A stretch of 64,000 nt of DNA from Bugula neritina (lineage: Eukaryota > Animalia > Bryozoa), in assembly GCA_964035545.1 (NCBI GenBank), contig OZ037765.1, forward strand, positions 11,356,698-11,420,697, in the 5' to 3' direction. The translations under genes and the position numbers were made by a program. Below, one piece after another: positions 50,101 through 61,077 of this stretch; position 1 is the stretch's first letter; every line of letters begins with the position of its first letter. The notes beneath the pieces are model-generated. The model searched no databases. It was not told where the DNA came from and worked only from the letters and a program-made list of their open reading frames with translations.

Positions 50101-53025
50101 ATAGTTACACCACCAGGCCCTTATTCCAGCATTGCTAAGTAGCATTAACACACCCCTAATTCCATCCCAAGTGACAAAAATCATAGCCCAAAGTTAAAAC
50201 AGGGTAGTTGAAACATGCCAAGGTAGCATAGAATACAATCATAAGTGCAAAAAGCATATTAGGATTGACTAGGAGTTGAAACAAGCTATGAGCAATGAAA
50301 TTTAACTTCTATCAGCATACATATTCAGTTACATAATGAAATTTATCAACGTTGATGTGTGCCTGGCACTTTGTAAAATGAAACTTTAAAGAATTTCACC
50401 AAAGAACAGGTATGAAGCCAGTATTAGCTATCAATGTTGATAAAGCCTCATCGTGTCTATTAAAAATTATATTTAATCTTACGCTGAATAAATCATATCC
50501 ACTGTTCTGGAACACAAAATATATAATCATATTTACTACTGGTGAAATTTCTATACTATAACATATATATTAAACAGCAATAACAAACAGCAGAAAAATT
50601 AGATAAAGTTACATAAAAATATTAGTAAAAGCTCTTGAAACTTTTCATTATTAAATACGAGGGAAATATTGATTTTCATGCGATTTGCTAGTACCTTGGC
50701 CTGTTTATCTGCCTGCATATTGAATAATAACTACCAAACTAGTGCTATTTCAAGATTTTCAAGATTTTTCTTCTAATAACTGTTTCTCAAGTTTTAATGA
50801 TTTCAGCAGTTATTTCAGTTCACAACATCCAAGTTATATAAGTTATCAATACTAACACATCTACTAGATACTTAATAGTCTATAATGGAACATACGGTAG
50901 GTTGAATAATTTCATCTTCTATATATTAGTAATATTTTCGTATTAAACTAATTATATTAATCTTTGTTGGGAAAAAGGTGTACCATGAGAAGGAAAACTG
51001 CAGCCTATTTTATAATTTATTGCAGTTATGGTTGAATTATTCCAAATTATAAATTAATTTTGGAGTCAAGTTCATCATTTAAACAAAAAAAAACATTTTA
51101 CTATTAGCAAATCTTAGCATTCACCATTTAGACTAATAACCTTTGTTAGCAGGACTTTACAGAAACTGAAAACTCATAACTGGGTGAGCATACTATTACA
51201 TCCACGAGCAGTGTCTATATGCTAGATTAGGGTAAACAATAAATTGCATACACGTACAAGTTCCATTGTAAACAATAATATATTTGTAGTTATGGTTACC
51301 CAGCCACTATGATGAACATATCAAGCTTGTTCCAGGTCTCTGCTAAATAGCCTTTCTTCCCCAGAAAGCCCATGGCTATAACTTTGATGATCATTTCAAG
51401 CACAAAGAATGCATAGATGACGTTATCAGAGACACTGAGGATTTCACATCTGGTGTCCTGACATTTTTCTGCATCTTTACATGGCTGGTACATTCCCAGG
51501 GTGAGACAATTGAGCAAGATTACTATGATGACGAGTTTCTCAAACCATGTGTGAAGGAGTTAAGGATTAAATTCTATGCAGCATTGAAATATTCTAAATA
51601 TATTACTGATTACAACTTAGCATATATTAGAAATAGTATCATGTCACTAAGCAATACAACTTTATTGATTTAATACCAGCTGGCATGCAAAATTTAGGTT
51701 AGAAAAACATCATCTTATAAGTTTCCCAATGACATTCTATCACTAACCAACAAGATGCCTATCTGTAGAAACTCTTGAATTTAACGGATGGAAATTTTGT
51801 TAATGTAATCACATTGAAATTTCCTCAAAATTCACAAAACTTCTCTTTAAAGAATGACAAACTTTGTTCCTAATTTTTAAAATTAGTTAAAAAATAAAGT
51901 TTATCTTCTAATTTGCATTCACTTATGTTTATAGGAATAAGGTACAACAGGATAGAGATATAATTATTTGTTAAAACTAAAAACATGTGGGTGTTTTTAA
52001 TAGACTCTTAACGTAAACCTCTACTGACTTTTAGGCACAATGAGTATCCTGATATTATTTATAGTTCACAAACATCTGTTGGCACTTTCTGCAAGCATAG
52101 AAATGAATTAATACAGCTAGTTCGGCCTGTGCCAAGGTTGTCAACTTGCCCTATGGGCTGTCAAATTGCAGTGGCATGTTAAACAAGTGCCCACTAGGTT
52201 AACAGGCAGCTAAAAGAGCAAATTTACATTACAAAATTTGAACTTTAACGGGTTCAATTAAAACTATTAGTCTGTAAAAAAACTAAGCCAATTTGTAAAA
52301 TCTGCCATGTGATTTGTAGATAACTACATTGACATATTTAGTGGCAGTCTCACAAGAATGTGAGTTTAGATATGCTCTTTTCATGTGAATATGGGTAACT
52401 TTTTTGTGAAATGTAGGCTAGCTGTTGGATATTTACTGCTTTTAAACAAGCTTGTAGCAACACTAGAAATTTATGTAAATAGCTGGTTGCCATAACAATT
52501 AATCAGATTCGTTTTAAATGATATTAAAAATACCAATTTCAGGTCATTGAACTCGAGAGCCCTTATCAAATAACCGCCATTACCTTTTTTAAAATATACT
52601 TTTAAGCTGAAATTTACTGTAAAACTAGTTTTAATATACAAGAAGCCGGTAATCAAAAGAACAATTTGTGGGCAGACAGGTTTGCCTGCATAAAACAAAA
52701 GTGTTGCAAAAGGATATGGTGATGTGATGAGGTGCAGACAAATGAGTCTCAGTCTGTGAGTTTGAGGTAGACATTTGAAAACTATCCTTTCAAATCCCGG
52801 GTATGGGATTTCTGCTGATGGTTCATCATCTCCATCATCACCATTCCTGTTAACCATTGAGCTATCCGAGTCAGATTCGTGTCCATCTGGCGCGGCAGTA
52901 AAGTCAGCCTCAGCTGCTCTCTCACCCTCTGCTGCCTTACTAGCTCTTTCTTCATATTGGGATTCACATTGTGTTGTCAGGTTAGAAGACTGGTGTGGTT
53001 CTGATGACGTTGAGTGCTCCAGCAT
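20152..53025 (-). CDS. Cav3: Voltage-gated T-type calcium channel alpha-1 subunit (Cav3), ~2212 aa with all cassette exons
   Basis: Exons: 52718-53025, 51300-51548, 49360-49457, 48624-48816, 46836-47136, 46257-46349, 44655-45245, 44290-44522, 43013-43227, 42097-42249, 39625-39746, 38056-38207, 37749-37934, 37312-37429, 36667-36822, 36429-36485, 35236-35337, 34442-34532, 33501-33685, 32723-33347, 32400-32497, 31914-32120, 31525-31593, 30811-30995, 29838-29964, 29375-29590, 28143-28335, 27151-27258, 26261-26412, 25837-25946, 25408-25538, 25014-25163, 24211-24332, 23781-23936, 20739-20864, 20152-20412 (6639 nt, in frame). Four intact S4 segments; filter SMEGW / TQEDW / SKDGW / TGDNW = EEDD; gating brake after IS6. 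Start codon and linker cassettes are less certain than the transmembrane exons. Confidence 0.96.
20739..20864 (-). CDS. Cav3: Candidate Cav3 proximal C-tail cassette exon (42 aa)
   Basis: ttctttag|126 nt|gtgctg (weak donor), phase 0-0, [42 protein letters not shown]. Confidence 0.5.
24346..24801. repeat. Minisatellite, ~19-bp unit (ATGTTATGATATGTATTCT)
   Basis: More than 20 degenerate tandem copies abutting the acceptor of the domain IV P-loop exon. Confidence 0.93.
27151..27258 (-). CDS. Cav3: Cav3 III-IV linker cassette exon (36 aa)
   Basis: ttctacacag|108 nt|gtgtgt, phase 1-1, [36 protein letters not shown]. Confidence 0.7.
28431..28823. mobile_element. Foldback-type MITE with 15-bp tandem subrepeats in long inverted arms
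   Basis: Left arm (GGCACAGGTAATAAT)n, right arm (ATTATTACCTGTGCC)n, C-rich spacer, TSD ATGTTGAG(G) at 28423 and 28824. Confidence 0.88.
29145..29216. repeat. 72-bp perfect spacerless palindrome
   Basis: 36-bp arms centred on CCA|TGG (29180/29181). Confidence 0.95.
30222..30436 (+). mobile_element. tRNA-derived SINE, full length
   Basis: A-box TGGTCTAGGGG, B-box GGTTCGAGCCC, core GGTGATGTTAGGAAGAGCATCCAGTC, ~14-bp TSD TTGA(A/G)TTTAGTAAA at 30206 and 30437. Confidence 0.88.
35236..35337 (-). CDS. Cav3: Cav3 II-III linker Cys-rich cassette exon (34 aa)
   Basis: ctttgcag|102 nt|gtaagt, phase 0-0, [34 protein letters not shown]; TGCATG ~20 nt into the downstream intron. Confidence 0.65.
37312..37429 (-). 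CDS. Cav3: Cav3 domain II S5-P turret exon, 12a-type
   Basis: tttacag|118 nt|gtttct; (S)[39 protein letters not shown], 39 aa, CxxC...C. Confidence 0.93.
37588..37708. repeat. 22-bp tandem repeat (TGACTGTGACTGAGTGTATAAA-like) x ~5
   Basis: Direct reading; explains the ORF 37416-37730. Confidence 0.85.
43228..44289 (-). other. GC-AG intron in the Cav3 I-II linker
   Basis: TTTAG|GCAAGT donor gives the phase 2 required by the next exon (ttgcag|G TCA TCA). Confidence 0.75.
45965..46180 (-). mobile_element. tRNA-derived SINE, same family as 30222, inverted
   Basis: Reverse complement aligns along the whole 30222 copy (GGGGTTAGAGCGTTTGCCTA..GGCCATTGGTGATGTTAGGAAGAGCATCCAGTCATAATTGCTC..GATAG(C/T)GACTATAAACTTG). 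Confidence 0.88.
51549..52717 (-). other. U12-type (minor spliceosome) AT-AC intron in Cav3
   Basis: 5' site ATATCCTTT, branch point TCCTTAAC about 10 nt before the AC 3' end; splicing restores ITSP-WFE. Confidence 0.95.
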
Positions 53026-53472
53026 TACTCCACTGGTGCCAGGTACAGAAATGGAGTTGAAGCTAATGCCAAGTCCATTAACAACTTTGATCTGCAAAAG
53101 TATGCATGAATTTTCAGCAACTAAATTTTAAAATTTAAAGGTACAATAGTCAGAATTAAATATTTCTCAATCACTACGTTCCCATGCTTTAAATGGATGA
53201 GATTTTTGTGGAATTATCGAGTTAGGGTAACCTATAGTGGTGGTTTCATTCCATTGACGCTATCCCTAGGATCAAATGAATTAGAGTGAACTAGTTGCAA
53301 AAGACCCAACAGCTCAGATAATTATTTTATTTCTGCATCAAAACAGGAAGTCACATCTTGACAAAATTGTTTTAAATGAATTGCAGTTTAAACTTTCATT
53401 ACAATTAGATATAATACAAACCCTCAATTACTGCAACTTGGTAGAGACCCATTTAAAACAGTATCATACTAC

Positions 53473-53530
53473 ATAGCACATGGTTAGAATACCTGTATAG
53501 CACATGGTTAGAATACCTGTATAGCACATG
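53473..53530. repeat. 24-bp tandem duplication (ATAGCACATGGTTAGAATACCTGT) x ~2.4
   Basis: Direct reading. Confidence 0.8.
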
Positions 53531-56500
53531 TGTGGTCTAAATACCCAGTGATCAAATGTCCCAGTTGTAGGTCTAAGCAAGTAATTCAAACACTGGAAAT
53601 GATTATAGACTCTAGAAGTTTCTAAGAATAATTACTAGAAAAATTAACATAGATCAACTAGAAATAACTTCGTGCGTAACATTTGACTAAAATAGCTCAA
53701 ATAAATCAATTAGATTTAAAAGTTATTTGTTCAAACTTTAATTAGATACAGCTCTGGTAAATATGTTTCAACAAGGGAAAGTACTAACCAGCTTTTTAAA
53801 CTGTCCAACAAACCAAAAGTATCGTAGAAAACTCTGCAACAGAGGGTATGCACCTACTAAAAATTCGCAGCATTAGGCAGGTAGTTGTAACAATTCCATT
53901 TGGCATAGATCCAACGACAGCTTTGACCAGTATCTAGCAAATACCTCAATAACTTTTTTACTCAACTTGTTCTAGAATGCCGCCATATTATAATCAATAA
54001 ACCATTTCACTTTGCAACAAAATGTTGTAACTTTAGTTCTCTAGGGAAGTCATTCACCTGCACTGAGGTTACAGTCAAAGGCTAGACACTACGGGATGTA
54101 ATTATACAGTATATGCAGAAAATATTACAATCAGCAATCACTAATTAATGGTCAGTCAAAGGTATATGCAGTGATACAAAATATTGTTACAGAGTACCAA
54201 GTGTAATGAAAGTATATTGATTGCCCATATCAACAGTCATAGGAATAGAAGCGGTGGCTATTGAACCATTATTCTAAGGGTTATTTGTCTCTATAATGCG
54301 CATTTATCAACACAATAAGCTACATTATGCAAGTATAGTAGTCAGTGACAGCAACAGTATCTTCTCGCTGCCTCCTTAGCTGCCAACTACTAAATACTTG
54401 CTATTCATGCATACAGTATGTCAATTGCTAATCCTTAGCCCACCATTAATCACTGCAAGATGCCCATCATCGCTTAGGTTAATGGTAGATTGAAAAAATA
54501 TAGCCAAAATTGATAAAAATTATCTAAAGCTGCAATATCCGGTGTCAAACAGTTTTGGATTTTGTTGTTATTTGAAAAGAATATCGTGTTTTTTAAACAA
54601 ACATTGGTCTCCAGAAGTAATTACGCTGAAAGACTAAAGTGACATTTCACTATTCTATACAGTTTATATTAGTTTCAACTATTGCTATTGGAGCTTTTTA
54701 CAATAATGGATAACGCCCATTAATTTATATCCTTATCAGAAGTAAGTGGGTTATCTATCAGTGGGCTGGGGTTGCTAAAGGACAATAACATAAATATTTT
54801 AATTATCTTAACATTGTACTGGAACATCGAACTTTTTATATAAATCATTTTTGACAGTCTTTGGCTGACAGAAGATTACATTAGCCTAAATGTAATTGGC
54901 TAATGTAAAGCTCTTGAGCAGACTTTTCAGTTAGTGATGATTAGTTTTACTAGTGATTAATGTTTCTAAATTCTTGCAAAAAAGTTAGTCTTTTAGTTTC
55001 TAGGCTATTTTAGTTGAGGGAAAAGAGCGGCTTTTTCAGTTCCGTTTGCCTAAAGAGTACAAGCACAATAGAGCTAGTTGTAACTAGGCATCTCTGAATA
55101 AGTTTAACTACGCAGGTTGTCACCTAGAATAAAACTTCAACAAGTTCAACCTCTAGAATGTCCTCATTCAATTAGCAGATAATCAGTTCCAGAATAGTCA
55201 CACCAGCTTTACTGCTACTCTTGAAAAAACAAAAATAATAGTTACTACAACTTAAGCAAGAAGCAAAGAAATCAGGAAGAAACCTAGGTAGAGGTTAGAA
55301 TCACTTGGTAGAAGCTAAATTTTCAGCAATTATGAAAAATGTTGAGCTTCCTTGACTCATTTAAGAGTTGCATATCCCTATGTTTTACTAGAACTGCCCT
55401 GATGTAGTTCATCAAGTGCATCAGGTGCCCTGCAGCAGCTAAAGCCTTAGTCCACATATCACTCTACCAGCTTCTCATAATTTTATGATGTACTATACTG
55501 CTCAGCTTATACAGATCGGTCACATTGAAATCTCATTTTACAATTACAGCAGTTGCTACAGATTCACGAAGACAGGTCTCTGGGACAGTTATGAGCAAAC
55601 TATAGCCATGCAGATATGATCATGTAGACAGTATGCTAGGTAGTAGCATGGATAATAAGGCTTGCCGAACAAAATGTAAGGCAGTCTAGATCTCAACAGC
55701 AGGCTCACTTTTTCGTCATGAAACTACTCTACTACTTCATTCAGAGAATTCTGAATTTTAAGCAATAATGCTACATTTACAGCTTTATGAGACTCAACAT
55801 TGAGTTATTCAAGCACTCAATTTTTAAAGACTTCCTTCAAAAGCATCAACAGATCAAAGACAATTTATACTTCAGTCCAAATATTGACAAGTACTTTACT
55901 ATTTTTAGGCAATTTTACAATGTTAAAATATGCTAAAGCAAGCTAATTTTCATAAAGCAGTAGGCAACCTCTGTATAATGCGAGTGATATGATTTATTAG
56001 CGATAAGTTGTCCAACAACCGTTTAGTTATTTCAATTTTCAATAACTCCAGCAACTGTATTCTTATGAATTGCATTCCCAATTTTTTAAATTTGCCGTAA
56101 CTTATAGAAAATGAAGTAAGTTTACAGTAAATCGCTAATGACAGCATTAGTATAGTCCTGAGGTTCACTGTTATGTCCCCAGATTCCAGCAGTTTGACTA
56201 TTGCTCACCAAAGTTTGATATGAAAATAATGGAAAAAATTCTAGTGGGTTTTTGTGGTTTTCAAAAGTTGCAAGATTTGTAAACTTGTTGGGTGTACACA
56301 CAGTTGTTAGTAAACAACTTTACTTCCCAGCTGTGACCAATAAACGCAATAAACCACACACAAACAATAAACCCAAGACTTACCCAGTCATAGCTCAAAT
56401 ATAAACAGCTCTAAAGATGCTCCAAAAACATACATTTTAGTGTACCCTTGACAAGTTTCCTAAAATAGTAGCTGCACACAATTTATTTCAAATTATCAAC

Positions 56501-59086
56501 TTCAATGTTAGAAAAGGAGCAAAATTAGTCAGCAAGTTAATATTTTTATTAACTTGCAGTAAGATAATTAACCGCAAGTCATAAATTGGTTTTAGGCAGC
56601 TATTGCTGAGCCTTTAATATCTGTCAAGTAAATCAAAACTCCCACCACTTCCAGTCCTCTTCAATGTTTTAAATTTGTTCTCATTCAACACTATGTTCAG
56701 CAAATTAGTGGTATAGGCTAAATAGCTAAATTATGAAGATTAATGAAGAGTTTACACCTAATTGCTGAACATAGCATATAATTTCACTGTGCTGTTAGCA
56801 CATTAAGTTGAGATTAAAGTTCCAGTGAGACTTAATTAAAACTCGGGAGAAACAAGCAAGTAAGGTAGAGTCCATTATCTAAGGTGCTTTGCAGCCGGCA
56901 TTCCTCTGCGTAATACTAATAGTTTAGTAGACTTGGGCTATAACCATATTAAAACTACGTGCTCCTAGTGAAGCTCACCTTGCTTCTAGATCAATGAAGA
57001 GTCAACAATTTGATCCAGTGAGAATATTGGAGAAAGTAGAGTTTATATATTATCAATAATATTAATATGTTGACTGTTAGGTACGCTATAGCAATTGGCA
57101 TTCACTGAGGGAAGCTGCAACACACAGCTTGACTAGCATAATAGAAGTTACCATAGAAAACAAGCATCCTGTTTCTGGAGCAAAGCAAAGCTTTTGGCGT
57201 CAGCGATTCACGATAAAACCTTAATATTTTTTGACTGCAAGGTCATGCGGGCAGCGCAGCAGTATAATGTGTATTTTAGTAAGAGAAATATTTACACTGA
57301 TTGTATATGGAACATAATATTAAGAACAGACATTACAACAAGACAAAATCAAAAACAGAACGTGTTTTTCTCAAACGTGGCTGCATTTTAGCAGCCTTTT
57401 TCTATTTAATTTAAAAGGGCAGCGCTTACTACAATAAGCAAATCAAAACATACAGCCCAAAATCTGCTATAATGTTGCTCAACATTGCACTTTAAAACCA
57501 AACTAAAGGGAAGAACAAGCCATCTTTAGATGATTATGCAATAAAAACAGGGTCTAATGGGCTGCATCTATTGTTAGGTAATTATGCCAAATAAAGGCAA
57601 AATGCTATTAGGAAATAAGCATGTTTCGGGCCTATAGGCTTCGCACTTTAGCATCAAATATTTCAGGTAAAAGGTTCAACTAGGCCATTGATTACATATT
57701 TATGGGTAATCCTTTTAATTATTAGCATCAGTCATTAGCTAGGTAATAAAATGCACAATGGCTACTAGTGAAAACAAAAGCTCTTATATCTACACTCAGA
57801 TATCTATATGATGATGCCCCTCTTTCAAATCATTAATAGATTATTCCATGCCAGTCTATACACAACTTAATTTACGGTAGTTGCCAGTAATACATGCAGT
57901 ATTATTTTCAGACAACTGAATCTTAAATAGTGTTTTATATGTAGCTTTATTATGAATAACCCTTGGGTCGAACTTATGACATGCAGAGAAATTGTCTATT
58001 GATAAAATGTAACACTATTCTCACGAGACTATTATTTCATTCATTAATAACAAACACCACTCACAGTAAGTTGCGGCTTTGGATTGTGAATTTTAGATTT
58101 AGACAAGCAGTGTTGTCATCACCATTGCATTAATTAAATTGTACCATAAGTGTAGTTGAAGTAAAGTAAATATGTGAAAATGTAAACTGAACCATCATTG
58201 AAACATCTTTATTGCAAGAATTAAACTTCTAGGTTATTAGTAGTGAGAAAACATTTACAAATTACATTTTATTGCTAACTTATTATGGAATGAATTGTAT
58301 TTTGGTTCTATTGTCCTTTTCGTAATCAAATAAGCAACACCTTGCAGTGCCATTTTCATAATTTAAAGTGAACTTTTCAAGAAAGAGTATGAATACTGGT
58401 ATGAGGCTACAACACTAATAACACCATAATGTTGCATCACGAGTAACCCCCCCCCCTCCCACTTTTGGAGCTTATTTTATGTTGGAGTGAGAGCCTCCCT
58501 ATATTTGGCAACAGCAACCAGTCTTCTACTTTACAAATACAAGATACAGATACAGATTGAGATACAGATTGAGATACTTTACAGTACTGAAAAAGTTAGC
58601 TAGCTTATATGAAAACATTAAATTTGAAGAATTGAAAAGGCTTTTCAATCATCAACAACAGTCAGTGCAAGTTAAAACATGAAACATAAATATCCAGTTT
58701 CACAAATGGAATCTCTGATGGATTAACATTACTGCATTAGCATTAAGACAAAATAACTTCGAAAATTCAGAAACAAATTAAAATATGGCTCTGACATACT
58801 ACTCCATATGTTGAGAAGCACATAAGCTCCACAAGCCAAAATTTGGTTTTAAATTGTATGTGACATGATTATAATCAAAATTGTAATATAGCACTAATAC
58901 TAATAGCAAAACTAATATTATCATTATGCAGTAAATGTAAGAATAGTAATACTAATATTAATGCTAATGGCCTTGTAAAATTAAAACTAAATAGTAATAC
59001 TAATAGATTGGTTAAAAACAATTATTATATATAAATTGTTGATAATATAGATACTGTTATAAAGCACTTAAGCAGTTTTAACTTAC

Positions 59087-59260
59087 CAGTGATTGAAGAT
59101 GACTCACGTGCTAGCACTAAAAGTAAAAAACGCTAAACAGAAGTTTTCAATGTTTCTATAATCGCTACATTCGCATATCTAACCAAACCTGCCAGTCACT
59201 TGAACAATGATAATGTATAATAATGAGCCCAAGATTTGATCAAGCATGCTTGATCACATG
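59087..59260 (-). promoter_or_regulatory. Candidate Cav3 non-coding first exon / promoter region
   Basis: Strong donor CTG|GTAAGT at 59087, E-box motifs (CACGTG, CACATG), CCAAT and a 20-bp palindrome nearby; no transcript evidence. Confidence 0.3.
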
Positions 59261-59667
59261 ACCAAGCTCCAATCAATAATGAACATGGTAAAATAACTCT
59301 TAAAACAATAAACAATTTAAGTTCTTAGTCAATTTTTATGGCTCTATAATAGGACATAGTTTCAAAACTTAAACAGGGATCTATTGTCAGAAAAGGGACA
59401 ATATTTACTTTTCAATTATATAGAGTTATATAGAATTTATTTAACTTACGTTGTATTATATAATATTTTGTTGTGGTAATAATTGCGTAAGCTATATAGG
59501 ATATAGTGTGTGCATATACCAAAACGGCAATTAACCTGATGAGTATAGTAACTAGTGATCTTTCTGAATCAGTTGAAACATAAAATGTTGTTTGTAAACA
59601 CTCTAGTAGGACAGCTTGTAGAATGTAACTATCTCAAAACAGTTTCCCACATATATTATATTTCTAG

Positions 59668-61077
59668 AGAGCCCCTGATGCACCAGTAATTACTCCAATA
59701 GAGTGCAACCCTGAGACTTATACTGCAGTCAATATTATGGTTTTCTGGGCCCGATGTTCAATGCATGACTTTATCCCCCTATTTATAATGCATTAGTAAG
59801 TCCCAATCTCTAGTAATACTTTGATGTTAATTGGAAATATACATACAGATAACCTTATTTTAATGCTATGGTTATCATTAGCATTAGGCAACTGGGTATT
59901 GGGGCCAAGAGTTGCTAATATATTATAAGTTACAATAAAAGCTAAAATTGACCAGTGAATATACAATATGTGCATCTAGTGGTTACCCTCAAGCATATGA
60001 ATAAAAAGTATGTCAGTTGGTAAATTCATAAAAGCTAATAGTTTTTAACAATAAACTATAATACAATTATCAAACACTGAATACATAGTGTACATATAAT
60101 GCCTATACACACAGATAAATAATCTTCATAAATAGTACATAGTATCGAGTAGTAAAATGTTAAAGCAATAGTTAAAATTACAGCAAGAATCAAGTTGCTA
60201 AACCTTATAGTAAACAGGGAAATAAGAACATATGCATTCATGATATTTCTACAAAGTTCTTCTTGGTGTTTTCTTGATGTTTGGTATTTTAGTGCCCATT
60301 AGATGTGTAGGCATGCTATTTTTAACCATTTAATAGTCTTACATACTACACTACTATTCTTTATAGCACATAAAGTGAGGTCAGAGGCAAGAGTAAGATA
60401 AAATTCTTAGAATAAATAAACAAAATTTGTGGGATTTTTATCACTGATCTCACAAACACAAAGTATATATCCACTAGGTTAAGGTCGATCAAAGGTCATA
60501 TTTTAAATAAATTGTTTCTTTGACTTGCCTCTAAGGTTAAAGAGCAAGAATCATTTCTGAGGAATATGTACAACACTAATATATTGCCCGGCAAAAAGGG
60601 ATATACCTAAGCACAATAACTACATCCTCTGGACTAGCAATGAAATTATTGATAAACATTAATAACAGTTATGAAGGTTAAGTAATAGAAAACAAAATAT
60701 GTATAAAGGTTAATCATTAATCCATTAGATTATGATCACAGAGCATGGGAATAAACTACTAGTTGGTGCCAGGATTTGCTTACACTACAAATAATTCTTG
60801 ATAATATTGATAATAGGCAATTAGTCTATTACATGCAGAGAACTTTGAAATGCGAGTCATTTCATTATTAGATCAACAACCAAATTAATTATGAGTGCAA
60901 TTAGTTTATCTTACAGTTGTAATCTTTGACTCAGATGTGGATGTGAGAAGGTTGTAGTATGGAGTTGCTTGTGCATAGGATTTATGAAGCAATATCTATA
61001 AAATTGTGGTATATAACAAAGTGGAAATATATGAGCTAGCGCTTCAAGTTGTGTTATTTGCAACTTAACTGTGGCAG
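59668..61077 (+). pseudogene. Possible decayed fibronectin type III domain exons (L1/neuroglian-like)
   Basis: 59668-59795: PDAPVITPIECNPETYTAV/ILW.. ; 60917-61077: ..YKIVVYNKVEIYEL/ASSCVIC.. ; both AG/GT flanked, with stops and frameshifts; similarity judged by eye. Confidence 0.35.

Noticed and set aside
59530-59596. CTGATGAG...GAAAC hammerhead-like motif
   Set aside because: Stem II lacks the closing pairs and stem I is only 3 bp; single copy
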